In this document: piece by piece, positions 27,781-37,135 of the stretch
Layout: each line of letters begins with the position of its first letter
How positions within the stretch are numbered: position 1 is the stretch's first letter
Source of the DNA: Candidatus Multivorans sp.
GTDB taxonomy: Bacteria > Acidobacteriota > Thermoanaerobaculia > Multivoradales > Multivoraceae
Assembly: GCA_965224025.1 (NCBI GenBank)
Contig: OZ245033.1
Span: 4,800,001 to 4,864,000, forward strand
DNA: 64,000 bases
Reading direction: 5' to 3'
Translations under genes and position numbers: made by a program
The notes under the pieces: model-generated
Seen by the model: the letters and a program-made list of their open reading frames with translations, nothing else
Databases searched by the model: none
What the model was told of the DNA's origin: nothing

Positions 27781-29052
27781 ATGAACGACTCCGGATCGAA
27801 TCGTAGCGATGCACTGATCGCGGAACTGCGTGCCGCGCTGGGCGACGACGGTGTACTCACAGGCACCGATGTCTCCGCGCGCGCCGGTGACGGCTCCGGC
27901 ACGGTGCCCTGCGTGGCGCGGGCGGTGCTGCGACCGCGGACGACGGAACAGCTCTCAGCGGCCCTGGCGGCCTGCCAGCACGCGGGCCAACCTGTGGTGC
28001 CTCAAGGCGGACTGACCGACCTCGTCGGCGGCGGCGTAGCCGGCGATCTGGAGGTTGCGATCACCCTTGAACGGATGACCGCGATCGAGGAGATCGACCC
28101 GGTTGGCCGGACGATGACCGTCCAGGCCGGGGCCGCGCTGCAGCGCATTCAGGAGGCGGCCGAGGCCGAGGGACTGCTCTTCCCGCTCGACCTCGGCGCG
28201 CGCGGCTCGTGCATGATCGGCGGCAACGTGGCGACCAACGCCGGCGGCAACCGGGTGATCCGCTACGGCATGACCCGGGACTCGGTGCTCGGCCTCGAGG
28301 CCGTCCTGGCCGACGGCACGGTGCTCTCGAGCCTCAACAAGATGGTCAAGAACAACGCCGGCTACGACCTGAAACACCTGTTCGTGGGCTCCGAGGGCAC
28401 GCTGGGGATCGTCACCCGCGTCGTGCTGCGTCTGGAGCGGCGTCCGCGGAGCCACAACTGCGCCTTGGTGGCGGTGCCCGGATTCACCGAAGTCACCGGG
28501 CTGCTCCGTAAGCTGGAGGAGGAGCTCGGCAGCTCAATGAGCGCCTTCGAGGTCATGTGGCGCGAGTTCTACGAGCTGGTCACGGGCCTGAAAGCGAAGA
28601 CGGCACCCCCGATTCCGCACGGCGATCCCTTCTACGTGCTGGTCGAGTCACTCGGCACACGCCCCGAAGAAGACGCGGTGCAGTTCGAGGAGGCGCTCAC
28701 CGAGCGCTGGCCCAGCAGCCACTGCATCGTCTTCGGCCACCTCGGCGACGGCAACCTGCACGTCGTCGCCTCTGTCGGCGACCGTTCGCAGGAGGCGCGC
28801 AGCGAGGTCGAGAAGATCGTCTACGGGCGCCTAGAATCGCGAGGCGGATCGGTATCGGCCGAGCACGGCATGGGTTTCGAGAAGCGGGCCCACCTCGGCC
28901 GCAGCCGCTCGCCCGCCGAGATCGAGCTGATGAAAGCACTCAAGCGAACCCTCGACCCAAGGGGCATCCTCAACCCGGGCCGCGTGTTCGAGGTGGAGGG
29001 CGCTCCGCCGACGGGGTCGCACGCCGGCGCCAGCGTCACCCTGCCAAGCTAG
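27781..29052 (+). pseudogene. FAD-binding oxidoreductase copy 2 with a 63-codon in-frame deletion
   Basis: Colinear with 13792..15261 but reads VQFEEAL|TERWP. The 189 bp between two GCGCTC hexamers of copy 1 (14704 and 14893) are missing. Confidence 0.8.
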
Positions 29053-29080
29053 GAGTCTGCCAACCGGGACTGCGCTTCAC

Positions 29081-29159
29081 GCCGGATGCGGGCAGGATGC
29101 CCGCGTTCCCAGGGACCCGCTTCGCGCCGGATGCGGGCGAGACGCCCGCGTTCCCAGGG
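29081..29159 (+). repeat. REP-like palindromic repeats (2 tandem copies)
   Basis: GCCGGATGCGGGCRRGAYGCCCGCGTTCCCAGGG at 29081 and 29126, between convergent genes. Confidence 0.8.
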
Positions 29160-29182
29160 GGCGGATCGTCCTGCGACGCCGC

Positions 29183-30220
29183 TCAGGCGTACTCGGGCGT
29201 GAGTTCGTCGCGCAGGCGCTCCAGCAGTTCCCGGGTCTTCACAATCCCCTCGTCGGCGGCCATGCGGCCCTCGAACTCGATCCCGACCCAGCCCCGGTAA
29301 CCGGCGTCGAGCACGATCCGCATCATCTGCTCGTAGTCGATCGTCGTCTCGTTGCCGGCTTCGTCGAAGTCGTAGCTCTTGGCGCTGACGGCGCGGGCGT
29401 AGGACATCAGTTCGGTGACGCCCTGGTACCTGTCGTACCACTCCTCGGGCTCGTCGGAGACGCGGAAGTTGCCGAAGTCGGGCAGGGATCCGATCCGTGG
29501 ATGATCAACCATCGCAAGAGTGCCGGCCAACCACTCGCCGTTGCTCGAGATGCCGCCGTGGTTCTCCACCAGGACGTCGACGCCGTGGCCGTCCGCGTAC
29601 TCACACAACTGGCGCAGGCCGTCCGCGGCCAGCTTCTGCTGCTCCTCGAAGGACCCGGCACTCGCCGCGTTCACCCGCACCGAGTGGCAGCCGAGGAAAG
29701 CCGCCGCCTCGACCCACTTGTGGTGGTTCTCGACCGTCTGCGCCCGCACCGCCGAGTCCGGAGCGCCGATGTCGCCCTCGGCGTCGCACATGATGAGCAG
29801 GCTGACGACACCTTCCCCGTCGCACCTCGACTTGAGGTCCGCCAGGTACTCCTGGTCGCGGGCGCGATCGTAGAAGAACGTGTTCACGTACTCGACCGCC
29901 TCGATCCCCATGCTGCGGGCGCGAGCCGGAAAGTCCAGATGGTCCAGCTCGCCCCCATAAAGAGAACGCGGGTCGCTGGCAAGCACTTCGCCGAAGGTGC
30001 CGCTCCTCAATGCCTCCCGGCCGCCCTCACCGAACAACTCGCGGAAGTAGGACCACTCGGCCAGGGAGATGCGGTAGAGCGGCCCGGCCGACTCCGCCTC
30101 GGCGGCTGACGCGCCCTCGCCTTCGGGGGCGGCACCGTCCATGCAGCCAGCAGCGGCGACGGCGCCCAGAACGGCACCGGTTTGCAGAAAACGCCTGCGG
30201 TCCATCTTCATCGAGCGCAC
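29183..30220 (-). CDS. sugar-phosphate isomerase/epimerase (AP endonuclease 2 TIM barrel) with Tat/lipoprotein signal
   Basis: DRRRFLQ..AAAGC signal; ENHGG, LPDFGNF, SAKSYDF and GIEFEG motifs. Confidence 0.85.
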   Translation of the reverse strand: MRSMKMDRRRFLQTGAVLGAVAAAGCMDGAAPEGEGASAAEAESAGPLYRISLAEWSYFRELFGEGGREALRSGTFGEVLASDPRSLYGGELDHLDFPARARSMGIEAVEYVNTFFYDRARDQEYLADLKSRCDGEGVVSLLIMCDAEGDIGAPDSAVRAQTVENHHKWVEAAAFLGCHSVRVNAASAGSFEEQQKLAADGLRQLCEYADGHGVDVLVENHGGISSNGEWLAGTLAMVDHPRIGSLPDFGNFRVSDEPEEWYDRYQGVTELMSYARAVSAKSYDFDEAGNETTIDYEQMMRIVLDAGYRGWVGIEFEGRMAADEGIVKTRELLERLRDELTPEYA

Positions 30221-30309
30221 CTCCGGCTGAGAATCCGGGGAGTGTAGCGCGGCGCGAAACCTGGACGCCCTATTTCCGTAGTGCTGAAGCAGGAGGAGTA
30301 CAACTCGAC

Positions 30310-30588
30310 ATGGAAGTCCTGACCATCCTGACCCTCGGGGCGATCGGCCTCGCCATGCTCGCCGTCTTAGCCGCCGTCGCCTTTGTTGCGAAGGTCGCGT
30401 TCAAGCTCGTGCTTCTGCCGTTCAAGATCGTCGGCTACATCGCCGCGGCGCTCCTGGCCGCGATCCTGATTCCGATCGCGGTCGTAGCGCTGCCGGTGGC
30501 GCTCGCCGTCGGCGTCGTGCTGCTGGTGGTGGCCGGGCTCGTGGCCGTAGTGATGGCTGGCTTCGGCCTGCTTGCGGGCGTCTTCTAG
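30310..30588 (+). CDS. small hydrophobic membrane protein
   Basis: RBS AGGAGGAG and ATG 30310. Almost entirely hydrophobic, with KLVLLPFK. Confidence 0.7.
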   Translation: MEVLTILTLGAIGLAMLAVLAAVAFVAKVAFKLVLLPFKIVGYIAAALLAAILIPIAVVALPVALAVGVVLLVVAGLVAVVMAGFGLLAGVF

Positions 30589-30610
30589 CGCCGCCGGACC
30601 GGCGCCTCGC

Positions 30611-30678
30611 GCCGGATGCGGGCGAGACGCCCGCGTTCCCAGGGGTGCGGATGCGGGCGAGATGCCCGCGTTCTCAGG
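30611..30678 (+). repeat. REP-like repeats (2 tandem copies)
   Basis: Same GATGCGGGCGAGAYGCCCGCGTTC family, between convergent genes. Confidence 0.8.
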
Positions 30679-30680
30679 AC

Positions 30681-32084
30681 TCAGCGGACCAGGTGCCAGG
30701 CGGTCTGACGGCCCGCCAGGTAGTAGACCTTGTCGCCGTCGAAGACGGCGCTCTGCTCAAGCTTGATCTGCACGTCCTGGCCGTCCCACATCTCGAGTTC
30801 AACCCTCACGTTGCCCTCGATCGCGTAGGCGGTGTCCGGGTAGAGCGGCCAGTCGCCGCGCACTGGCGTCGGGCCCTGGTTGTCCCACATGCCGATCGTC
30901 GGGCCGGGCGCGTGGCCGAACAACCCGAGTGGATGCGTGTAGGTGCTGGAGCGAAGACCCTCGTCCGTAGCCAGTGCGATCGTCGCGGCCAGGATCTCGT
31001 TGCCTGTCCGGCCGGTCCGGAACTCCCCGGTGAGGATGTCCTGCCAGCGATTGCCAGCGCCGAGCGCGCGCTGCAGTTCGGCTGGTGCTGCGCTCTCGCC
31101 GAGGCGCAGCACGTAGCCCATCTCCTGGGTATCGGTGCAGAGCCCGATGTAGCAGATGCCCACATCCGTGTGCAGCACGTCTCCGCGCCGGATGACCCAG
31201 TCGCCGCTGCCGCCGCAGAAGGGCTCGCCCTTGCCGCAGCCGCCGTTTTCGTCCGATGCCCAGCGCTGGGCATTCACCGAGGGCAGGAACCAGATGTCGA
31301 GCCCCAGATCCTCGAAGCGCTGAGCGATATACCAGACGACATCGTCGGTGGTCGTGGCGCCCGGAGTGATCACGCGCTCGGAGAACGCCTCCGCGATCAC
31401 GCCCCTCGCCAGGGACACGATCTGGGGATAGGCCTCCAACTGGAGCGGGCTGCGGGTCTCGATCCAGCGCACGACGAGTTCCTCCGCACTCGCCACCCGC
31501 TCCCGGAGTTCCGGCGACAGGACTTCGAGCAGCCGCTCGTGCAGCGCTGCCGACAGACCGTCCGCGACCGGCCAGTGGCGTGAGACGTTGACACCGATCC
31601 GCTGCGGGTCGCGCTCAGCGATCACCTCGCCCAACCCCTGCCACTGCTCGTCCAGGTCGCCGCCCTCCCAGGCCGATTCGTACAGGGCGCCGTACGGATA
31701 GCGGTTCACCGTCAGCAGCTCGACGCCGCCGTTCCCCTCGCCCCGGTCGAAGAACACCAGCATCGTCGTGCGGCGGGCCGCGAACACCGGCCGCGGCACC
31801 AGGCTGAAGAACACCGGATCCTCGTTGTACTCGCGGTTGATTACCAGCCACATGTCGATTCCGGTCTCGCGCATCAGCCCCGGCAGCACGGTTTCAAGCC
31901 GCTCCTCGAGCATCCGGTTGAAGGGCTCGACTCGCTCGCGGTGCGGCAGCACGTGGCCCGGACCGTCGAGCACCCGGCCCTGTTCGAAGTCGGCGGTCTG
32001 GCCGAGAGCAGGGATCGCTGCAAGGGCAAGCAGACCGAGTGCAGCGCCGGACTTCTGCCACCGGCGCCTATGGCGTCGCATCAT
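30681..32084 (-). CDS. secreted M24 family (Xaa-Pro) aminopeptidase
   Basis: Signal peptide; REYNEDPV, GDVLHTDVG, TDTQE, HPLGLFGH and AIEG motifs. Confidence 0.85.
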   Translation of the reverse strand: MMRRHRRRWQKSGAALGLLALAAIPALGQTADFEQGRVLDGPGHVLPHRERVEPFNRMLEERLETVLPGLMRETGIDMWLVINREYNEDPVFFSLVPRPVFAARRTTMLVFFDRGEGNGGVELLTVNRYPYGALYESAWEGGDLDEQWQGLGEVIAERDPQRIGVNVSRHWPVADGLSAALHERLLEVLSPELRERVASAEELVVRWIETRSPLQLEAYPQIVSLARGVIAEAFSERVITPGATTTDDVVWYIAQRFEDLGLDIWFLPSVNAQRWASDENGGCGKGEPFCGGSGDWVIRRGDVLHTDVGICYIGLCTDTQEMGYVLRLGESAAPAELQRALGAGNRWQDILTGEFRTGRTGNEILAATIALATDEGLRSSTYTHPLGLFGHAPGPTIGMWDNQGPTPVRGDWPLYPDTAYAIEGNVRVELEMWDGQDVQIKLEQSAVFDGDKVYYLAGRQTAWHLVR

Positions 32085-33214
32085 GTTTCCAGAGCCTCCA
32101 GGCGACCCTCGACGATCGCCGTCCGAGCCGCATCCAGCAGAGCGCAACGAACGCCGGCGTCCGCCACGAGGGACAGTTGACCACCGCCGATCAACCGGCG
32201 GGCCAGTTCCACTCCGACGTAGCGCGTAACCAGCTCCCGGTCGAGGCCCGGTGCCGCCACCGATTCCTCCGCCTCGCCGTCAACACGCTCCGAGGCGGCA
32301 ATCAGAAACGTCCTGATGACCTCCCTGTCCTGCTGCGCCAGCAACAGGTGGGCGAGCCCCGTGCCGACATCGAACTCCGCATCTCCCCAACCGCCGTACT
32401 GCGGGTCCACGACCCGGACGCAGCCGTTCGGCAGCAACAGCCAGTTGCCGGGACTGAACGCGCCGTGGACCAGGCACGGACCGCCGTCGAGGTAGCACCG
32501 GCCAAGCTCGGCAACACCATCGCGGAAGCCGCCATCCGACCGCAGCGCCGCCGCCGCCGCCCCCAGGCCGGGCTCCAGGTCGTCGAGCACGGCCTGATCG
32601 AGCGCGAGACCGTCGGCACCGAAACTGGTTTCGCCGGCCGGCGACAAGGCGAAAGGCGCCTCGAACAGCAACCGGTGGTTCAGAGTCTTCATCCCGGGGT
32701 TGGCAAGCTCCGGCTCCTGCCCCCCGCGCGTTCCGCAATGCAGCGCCGCAAGGAACGAGCCCAAACCGTCCGCGGCGTCCTCGCTGAGCAAGCCGCCCCG
32801 GTAAAGCGAGGTCAGAACACGAGAACCGCGGAAGTCCTCGAGCAGCACCAAGGACCGCACCTCGTCGCCGCCGAGCAGACGCGGCATGTGCACAGCGGCC
32901 TCCGGCAGCCGGGCGACCCGCCGGTAGAACCGGAACTCGGCCCCCCCACGGTCCGCCGGCATGGCGACCGACTCGTCCCGCGGCAGCCAGGGCAGAGCCT
33001 GCTTCAACACCGCGGTACGCCAACCGCCGCGCAGTTCCTGCAGCTCGACTCGAATTACGGTGCTCGAGTCGCCGCCGAGGGACGTGCAGGTCGTGACCTG
33101 CTCCTCGTCTCCCAGCCAGCCGGCCGCGCCCATCACCAGGTCCACCCGGCCGGCCTGACTCGCCGAAAGCAGGGGGACTTCGGGATGCTCTTCCTCAAAC
33201 TCAGCCCGACCCAT
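32081..33214 (-). CDS. APH/methylthioribose-kinase-like phosphotransferase
   Basis: VLKQALPW, LLEDF, CLVHGAFSPGNWL and VVDPQYG motifs. The catalytic HGD appears as HGA. Confidence 0.75.
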   Translation of the reverse strand: MGRAEFEEEHPEVPLLSASQAGRVDLVMGAAGWLGDEEQVTTCTSLGGDSSTVIRVELQELRGGWRTAVLKQALPWLPRDESVAMPADRGGAEFRFYRRVARLPEAAVHMPRLLGGDEVRSLVLLEDFRGSRVLTSLYRGGLLSEDAADGLGSFLAALHCGTRGGQEPELANPGMKTLNHRLLFEAPFALSPAGETSFGADGLALDQAVLDDLEPGLGAAAAALRSDGGFRDGVAELGRCYLDGGPCLVHGAFSPGNWLLLPNGCVRVVDPQYGGWGDAEFDVGTGLAHLLLAQQDREVIRTFLIAASERVDGEAEESVAAPGLDRELVTRYVGVELARRLIGGGQLSLVADAGVRCALLDAARTAIVEGRLEALET

Positions 33215-33266
33215 CGGCGCAAGCTATCACCGCCAAATGCCGACCGGCCGCCGTAGAATGCGCCGC

Positions 33267-34022
33267 ATGGAAAGCAGCGGTCCCGGCGCAGAGCCCGAGG
33301 TGCTGCGGATCGCGATGTGGTCCGGTCCACGGAACATCTCAACGGCCATGCTGCGGGCGTGGGGAAACCGCGGCGACACCTTCGTCTGCGACGAGCCCCT
33401 GTACGCGAACTACCTCCTCGATCACGGCCTCGACCATCCTGGCCGGCAGGACATCCTCGCCCACCACGACAGCGACCTGGAGCGGGTCACGAAGTGGCTG
33501 ACCGAGGACGCGCCGGAAGACCAGCCGATCTTCTACCAGAAGCACATGGCGCATCACCTGCTGCCGGGCGACCGGTCATGGGTTGCGCGGCTGACGAACG
33601 TGTTCCTGATCCGCGACCCGGCCGAGATGTTGACCTCGCTGATCCGCATCCTTCCGCGGCCAACCCTGGCCGACACCGGCCTGCCGCAGCAACGGGAGCT
33701 GTTCGAGCTGGAGTGCGAGCGGCTGGGAGAGCCCCCGGCCGTGATCGACTCGGCCGACGTGCTGCGGAACCCGCGCGCGGGGCTTGAGAGCCTGTGCCTG
33801 GTAGTCGGCGCGGAGTTCGACGAGGCGATGCTGAGCTGGCCGCCGGGCCGCCGCGACACGGACGGGATCTGGGCGCCGCACTGGTACGGCGCGGTCGAGA
33901 AGAGCACCGGCTTCGCGCCCTACCGGTCCAAGAACGAGCCGGTGCCCGACTTCCTCGCGCGTGTCCTAGAGGAGTGTCAGCGGCACTACAATCACCTCGC
34001 AGCGCACCTGCTTTCCTTCTGA
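33267..34022 (+). CDS. sulfotransferase-like protein (BCAT-associated P-loop family)
   Basis: RIAMWSGPRNISTAMLR, DEPLYA, YQKHMAHH, FLIRDP and WAPHWY motifs. Confidence 0.8.
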   Translation: MESSGPGAEPEVLRIAMWSGPRNISTAMLRAWGNRGDTFVCDEPLYANYLLDHGLDHPGRQDILAHHDSDLERVTKWLTEDAPEDQPIFYQKHMAHHLLPGDRSWVARLTNVFLIRDPAEMLTSLIRILPRPTLADTGLPQQRELFELECERLGEPPAVIDSADVLRNPRAGLESLCLVVGAEFDEAMLSWPPGRRDTDGIWAPHWYGAVEKSTGFAPYRSKNEPVPDFLARVLEECQRHYNHLAAHLLSF

Positions 34023-34043
34023 CCAATCGACCCACCGCCTGCC

Positions 34044-34943
34044 ATGCTTCCAAAAGCCGATCCCAGAAACGCCGATCTGCTGATCAACATCAACGGCGAA
34101 CTGATTCACCGGAATCATGCCGGGATCAGCCCCTTCGATTCCGCCGTCCAGGGCGGCGACGCCGTCTGGGAGGGGCTGCGCCTGTACGACGGCCGGATCA
34201 TCAAGCTCGAACGGCACCTGGAACGGCTCCGCGACTCGGCCCTGGCCCTGGCGTTCACCGAGATTCCGTCCCAGGAGGCGATCATCGACGAGATCCGCCG
34301 CACGCTCGAAGCGAACGGGATGCGGGACAACGTCCACATCCGGCTGACGCTGACCCGCGGCGTCAAGATCACCTCCGGGATGGACCCGCGGCTCAACACC
34401 GCGGGGCCGACGCTGATCGTCCTCGCCGAACACAAGACCCCGGTCTACGGCTCGCAGCCGGTCCGGCTGATCACGTCCTCGATCCGCCGCTTCCCGCCCG
34501 ACTGCATGGATCCGAAGATCCACCACGCCAACCTGATCCAGTCGATCCTGGCCAAGATCGAGGCCAACGCGGCCGGCGCCGACGACGCCCTGATGCTCGA
34601 CCGCCAGGGCTTCGTCGCGGAGACGAACGCCACGCACGCCTTCGTGGTGCGCGGCGGCGTCGTCGTGACCAGCCACTGCCACGCCTGCCCCGAGGGCGTG
34701 ACCCGCTCGACCGTACTGGAACTCTGCCGGGACAACGACATTCCCCACCAGGTGACCGACTACTCCCAGGCCGAGCTCTACCGCGCCGACGAGGCGTTCT
34801 GCACCGGCACGATGGGCGAACTGGCGGCGGTCTCCGAGGTCGACGGCCGGCCGATCGGCAGCGGGGAGCGGCCGGTGTTCGGCCGGTTGCAGCAACTGTT
34901 CCGCGAGCTCACCGCCCGCTCCGGCTACCAGATCCTGGGCTGA
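34044..34943 (+). CDS. aminotransferase class IV (BCAT/D-amino-acid transaminase family)
   Basis: GDAVWEG, HLERL, PKIHHAN (PLP Lys), EGVTR and ADEAFCTGT motifs. Confidence 0.9.
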   Translation: MLPKADPRNADLLININGELIHRNHAGISPFDSAVQGGDAVWEGLRLYDGRIIKLERHLERLRDSALALAFTEIPSQEAIIDEIRRTLEANGMRDNVHIRLTLTRGVKITSGMDPRLNTAGPTLIVLAEHKTPVYGSQPVRLITSSIRRFPPDCMDPKIHHANLIQSILAKIEANAAGADDALMLDRQGFVAETNATHAFVVRGGVVVTSHCHACPEGVTRSTVLELCRDNDIPHQVTDYSQAELYRADEAFCTGTMGELAAVSEVDGRPIGSGERPVFGRLQQLFRELTARSGYQILG

Positions 34944-34947
34944 GCCG

Positions 34948-36948
34948 ATGACCGCGGTTCACTCGAACCCGGCGGTTCACCCGGACCCGGAAGGGGTCCC
35001 GCCAGCAACCTCGCGTCTTCAGGCGGGGTTGCTCGGGTTGCTCCTGCTGTGGGCGCTCGCGGTCCGCCTCGTCTTCAGTTGGCCCGACCCGACGATGAAC
35101 CGCATCTGGGACGAGCGCTACAACGCCGGCAACGTCGCGGCGATCCTGGCCGAGGGTCAGCTTCGCCCGGTGCGCGCGCACTATCCGACCCTCTCCTACC
35201 TGCCGCACGCACTCGTCCTCAAGACCTGGGAGACCGCGCGCTCGCTGCCCGGCCTGCGTTCGACGCCGTCCGCCTTCGGCCTTGCCCGCGACGGCAGGCC
35301 CTACCTGACGCCCCTTGGCGTCCGCGCCTGCCGTGCAATCCAGGCCTTGGTGGGCACCGCCTCCCTCTGGGTTCTGTTTCTGATCGGCCGGCGCCTCTTC
35401 GGGCCCGGCGCCGCGCTGCTGGGCGTTCTGCTTCTCTCCGTGGCGCCCTGGCACCTGCGTCAATCGGGAGCGTTCAAACCGGACATCATGCTCGTCCTGA
35501 CAGCGGTCGTCGCGCTCTACGCGATGCTGGCGGCCAGGCGAAGCGGCAGTCCGCGCAGCTACGCCGTCGCGGGCGCCATGGTCGGCGCCACAGTGGCCTC
35601 GAAGTGGAACGGGGGCGCGCTCCTCGTGCCGCTATTCGTCACCATCGCCCTGGGCGGGCTTCGGGACGTCGGACTCCTCGCGCGGAGGACGGCCGCCGCC
35701 GTTGCCGCCGCGGCGGGCGTCCTGCTGCTCCTGAATCCGTGGCTGGCGCTCGACCCGGACCTCTACCGCCGCCACCTCGGCTCCACGGTGAACCAGTACC
35801 AGGAGCGGCTCGTGAACGCCGACTCGGGGTGGTTCGATCAGCCGCTCAGCGTGGCCACCAGCCTTGCCGGGAGCGTCTACTTCAGCCCAGTCCTTGGCGT
35901 CTGCGCCCTGTTCGGCCTGGGCTGGCTGGCCCTTCTCGCTCTGCGCCACCGTCGCGCGTCGGGCTCGCTCCCCGGCGCCGGCGGCGCCGTGACGACCGCC
36001 GACGCCTGGATCGTGCTGACCTTCTTCGGCGGCTACGTCGCCGCGCTCTGGACGGTCACCCGGTACCCGAAACCCCCCAACTGGCTGATCGTCGCTCCCG
36101 TCGCCGCCCTCGCCGGCGCCTGGCTGATCGGCCGTCTGGTCACCGCCGCTCGAACCACCGGTACCGTCCGGTGGCGCCGGGCGGCGGCGCCGGCGCTGAT
36201 CGTGATCGTCGGCACGGCTCTGGCCGCCAAGGTCCAGTTCGTTCACCGCACCGTCTACGACGAGAACGTTCCCCTGACGACGGACGAAGCGGCACGGGTC
36301 GCCGGCGCGCGCAAGCCGCTTCGGGGGCGCACGTTCGTGACCGAATTGCCGCTCGGCGCCCAGGCCTTCGACCCCAGAACCTGGGAGAGCGCCTTCGTTG
36401 CCACCGTGATCCGGACCGAAGACATCGCGGCCGAACTGGGCGCCGATGGGGCAAGCGCCGACGTGCTGCTCTTCTCCGCTTCGCGGCTCGAGTCGGATCA
36501 GGATCCCGTCTACAGGGAACTGGCGGCAGCGGCCGGCGCCACGCTGCAGCGCTTCGAACCGGGACTGTTCCGGCTACGCGGCGAGCCCGTCGTCCTGATC
36601 CGCCGGCGGTTCGACGCGCTCGGGCCGCCCTCGCCGGCTCTTTTAGAGGCCGCAGGCGAAGGCGTCTACGAAGTCGACGTCGTCGCTCCCGGCGGCGCCG
36701 CCGAGAGCCCCGAGCCGTCCCTGGTGTCGCTGGAGATCGCAATCCGCACGCCGTCCCGCGACGCGGTCGAGGTGGCGGTCGAGGCCGGCGACGAGCGTCT
36801 TCCCTGCCGCCTGACGCAGAAAGGCCGGCAACGCCGTCGCTGCCTGACGCCACGTTTTCCGCAGCCGACGGCGCCGATTCGCGTGAACGTCGAACCCGCG
36901 CGCGAGGTCGTCCTTGTCACCGCCTTCCGTTGGCGCCGGCACGACTGA
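34948..36948 (+). CDS. GT39/ArnT-like integral membrane glycosyltransferase
   Basis: WDE motif after TM1, many TM helices, KPDI, ASKW and LNPW. Confidence 0.75.
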   Translation: MTAVHSNPAVHPDPEGVPPATSRLQAGLLGLLLLWALAVRLVFSWPDPTMNRIWDERYNAGNVAAILAEGQLRPVRAHYPTLSYLPHALVLKTWETARSLPGLRSTPSAFGLARDGRPYLTPLGVRACRAIQALVGTASLWVLFLIGRRLFGPGAALLGVLLLSVAPWHLRQSGAFKPDIMLVLTAVVALYAMLAARRSGSPRSYAVAGAMVGATVASKWNGGALLVPLFVTIALGGLRDVGLLARRTAAAVAAAAGVLLLLNPWLALDPDLYRRHLGSTVNQYQERLVNADSGWFDQPLSVATSLAGSVYFSPVLGVCALFGLGWLALLALRHRRASGSLPGAGGAVTTADAWIVLTFFGGYVAALWTVTRYPKPPNWLIVAPVAALAGAWLIGRLVTAARTTGTVRWRRAAAPALIVIVGTALAAKVQFVHRTVYDENVPLTTDEAARVAGARKPLRGRTFVTELPLGAQAFDPRTWESAFVATVIRTEDIAAELGADGASADVLLFSASRLESDQDPVYRELAAAAGATLQRFEPGLFRLRGEPVVLIRRRFDALGPPSPALLEAAGEGVYEVDVVAPGGAAESPEPSLVSLEIAIRTPSRDAVEVAVEAGDERLPCRLTQKGRQRRRCLTPRFPQPTAPIRVNVEPAREVVLVTAFRWRRHD

Positions 36949-36954
36949 TTCGGG

Positions 36955-36987
36955 CGCCGGGAACGCGGGCATCTTGCCCGCATCCGA
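36955..36987 (-). repeat. REP-like repeat
   Basis: Reverse copy GGGAACGCGGGCATCTTGCCCGCATCCG just after the GT39 stop. Confidence 0.75.
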
Positions 36988-37135
36988 CGCGCGGCGTCGG
37001 ACTTTGCAATGCTCCCGCGCGCTTGCCCCTTGCCGTTCGCCCGGTTCTGTGCAACCATGCCTCTGCTGCATTGCAGCAAGCAGTGCAGCAAACCGCTCCT
37101 GATTCCCCCAGATCCGCCGTCTTCTGGAGACCCCG

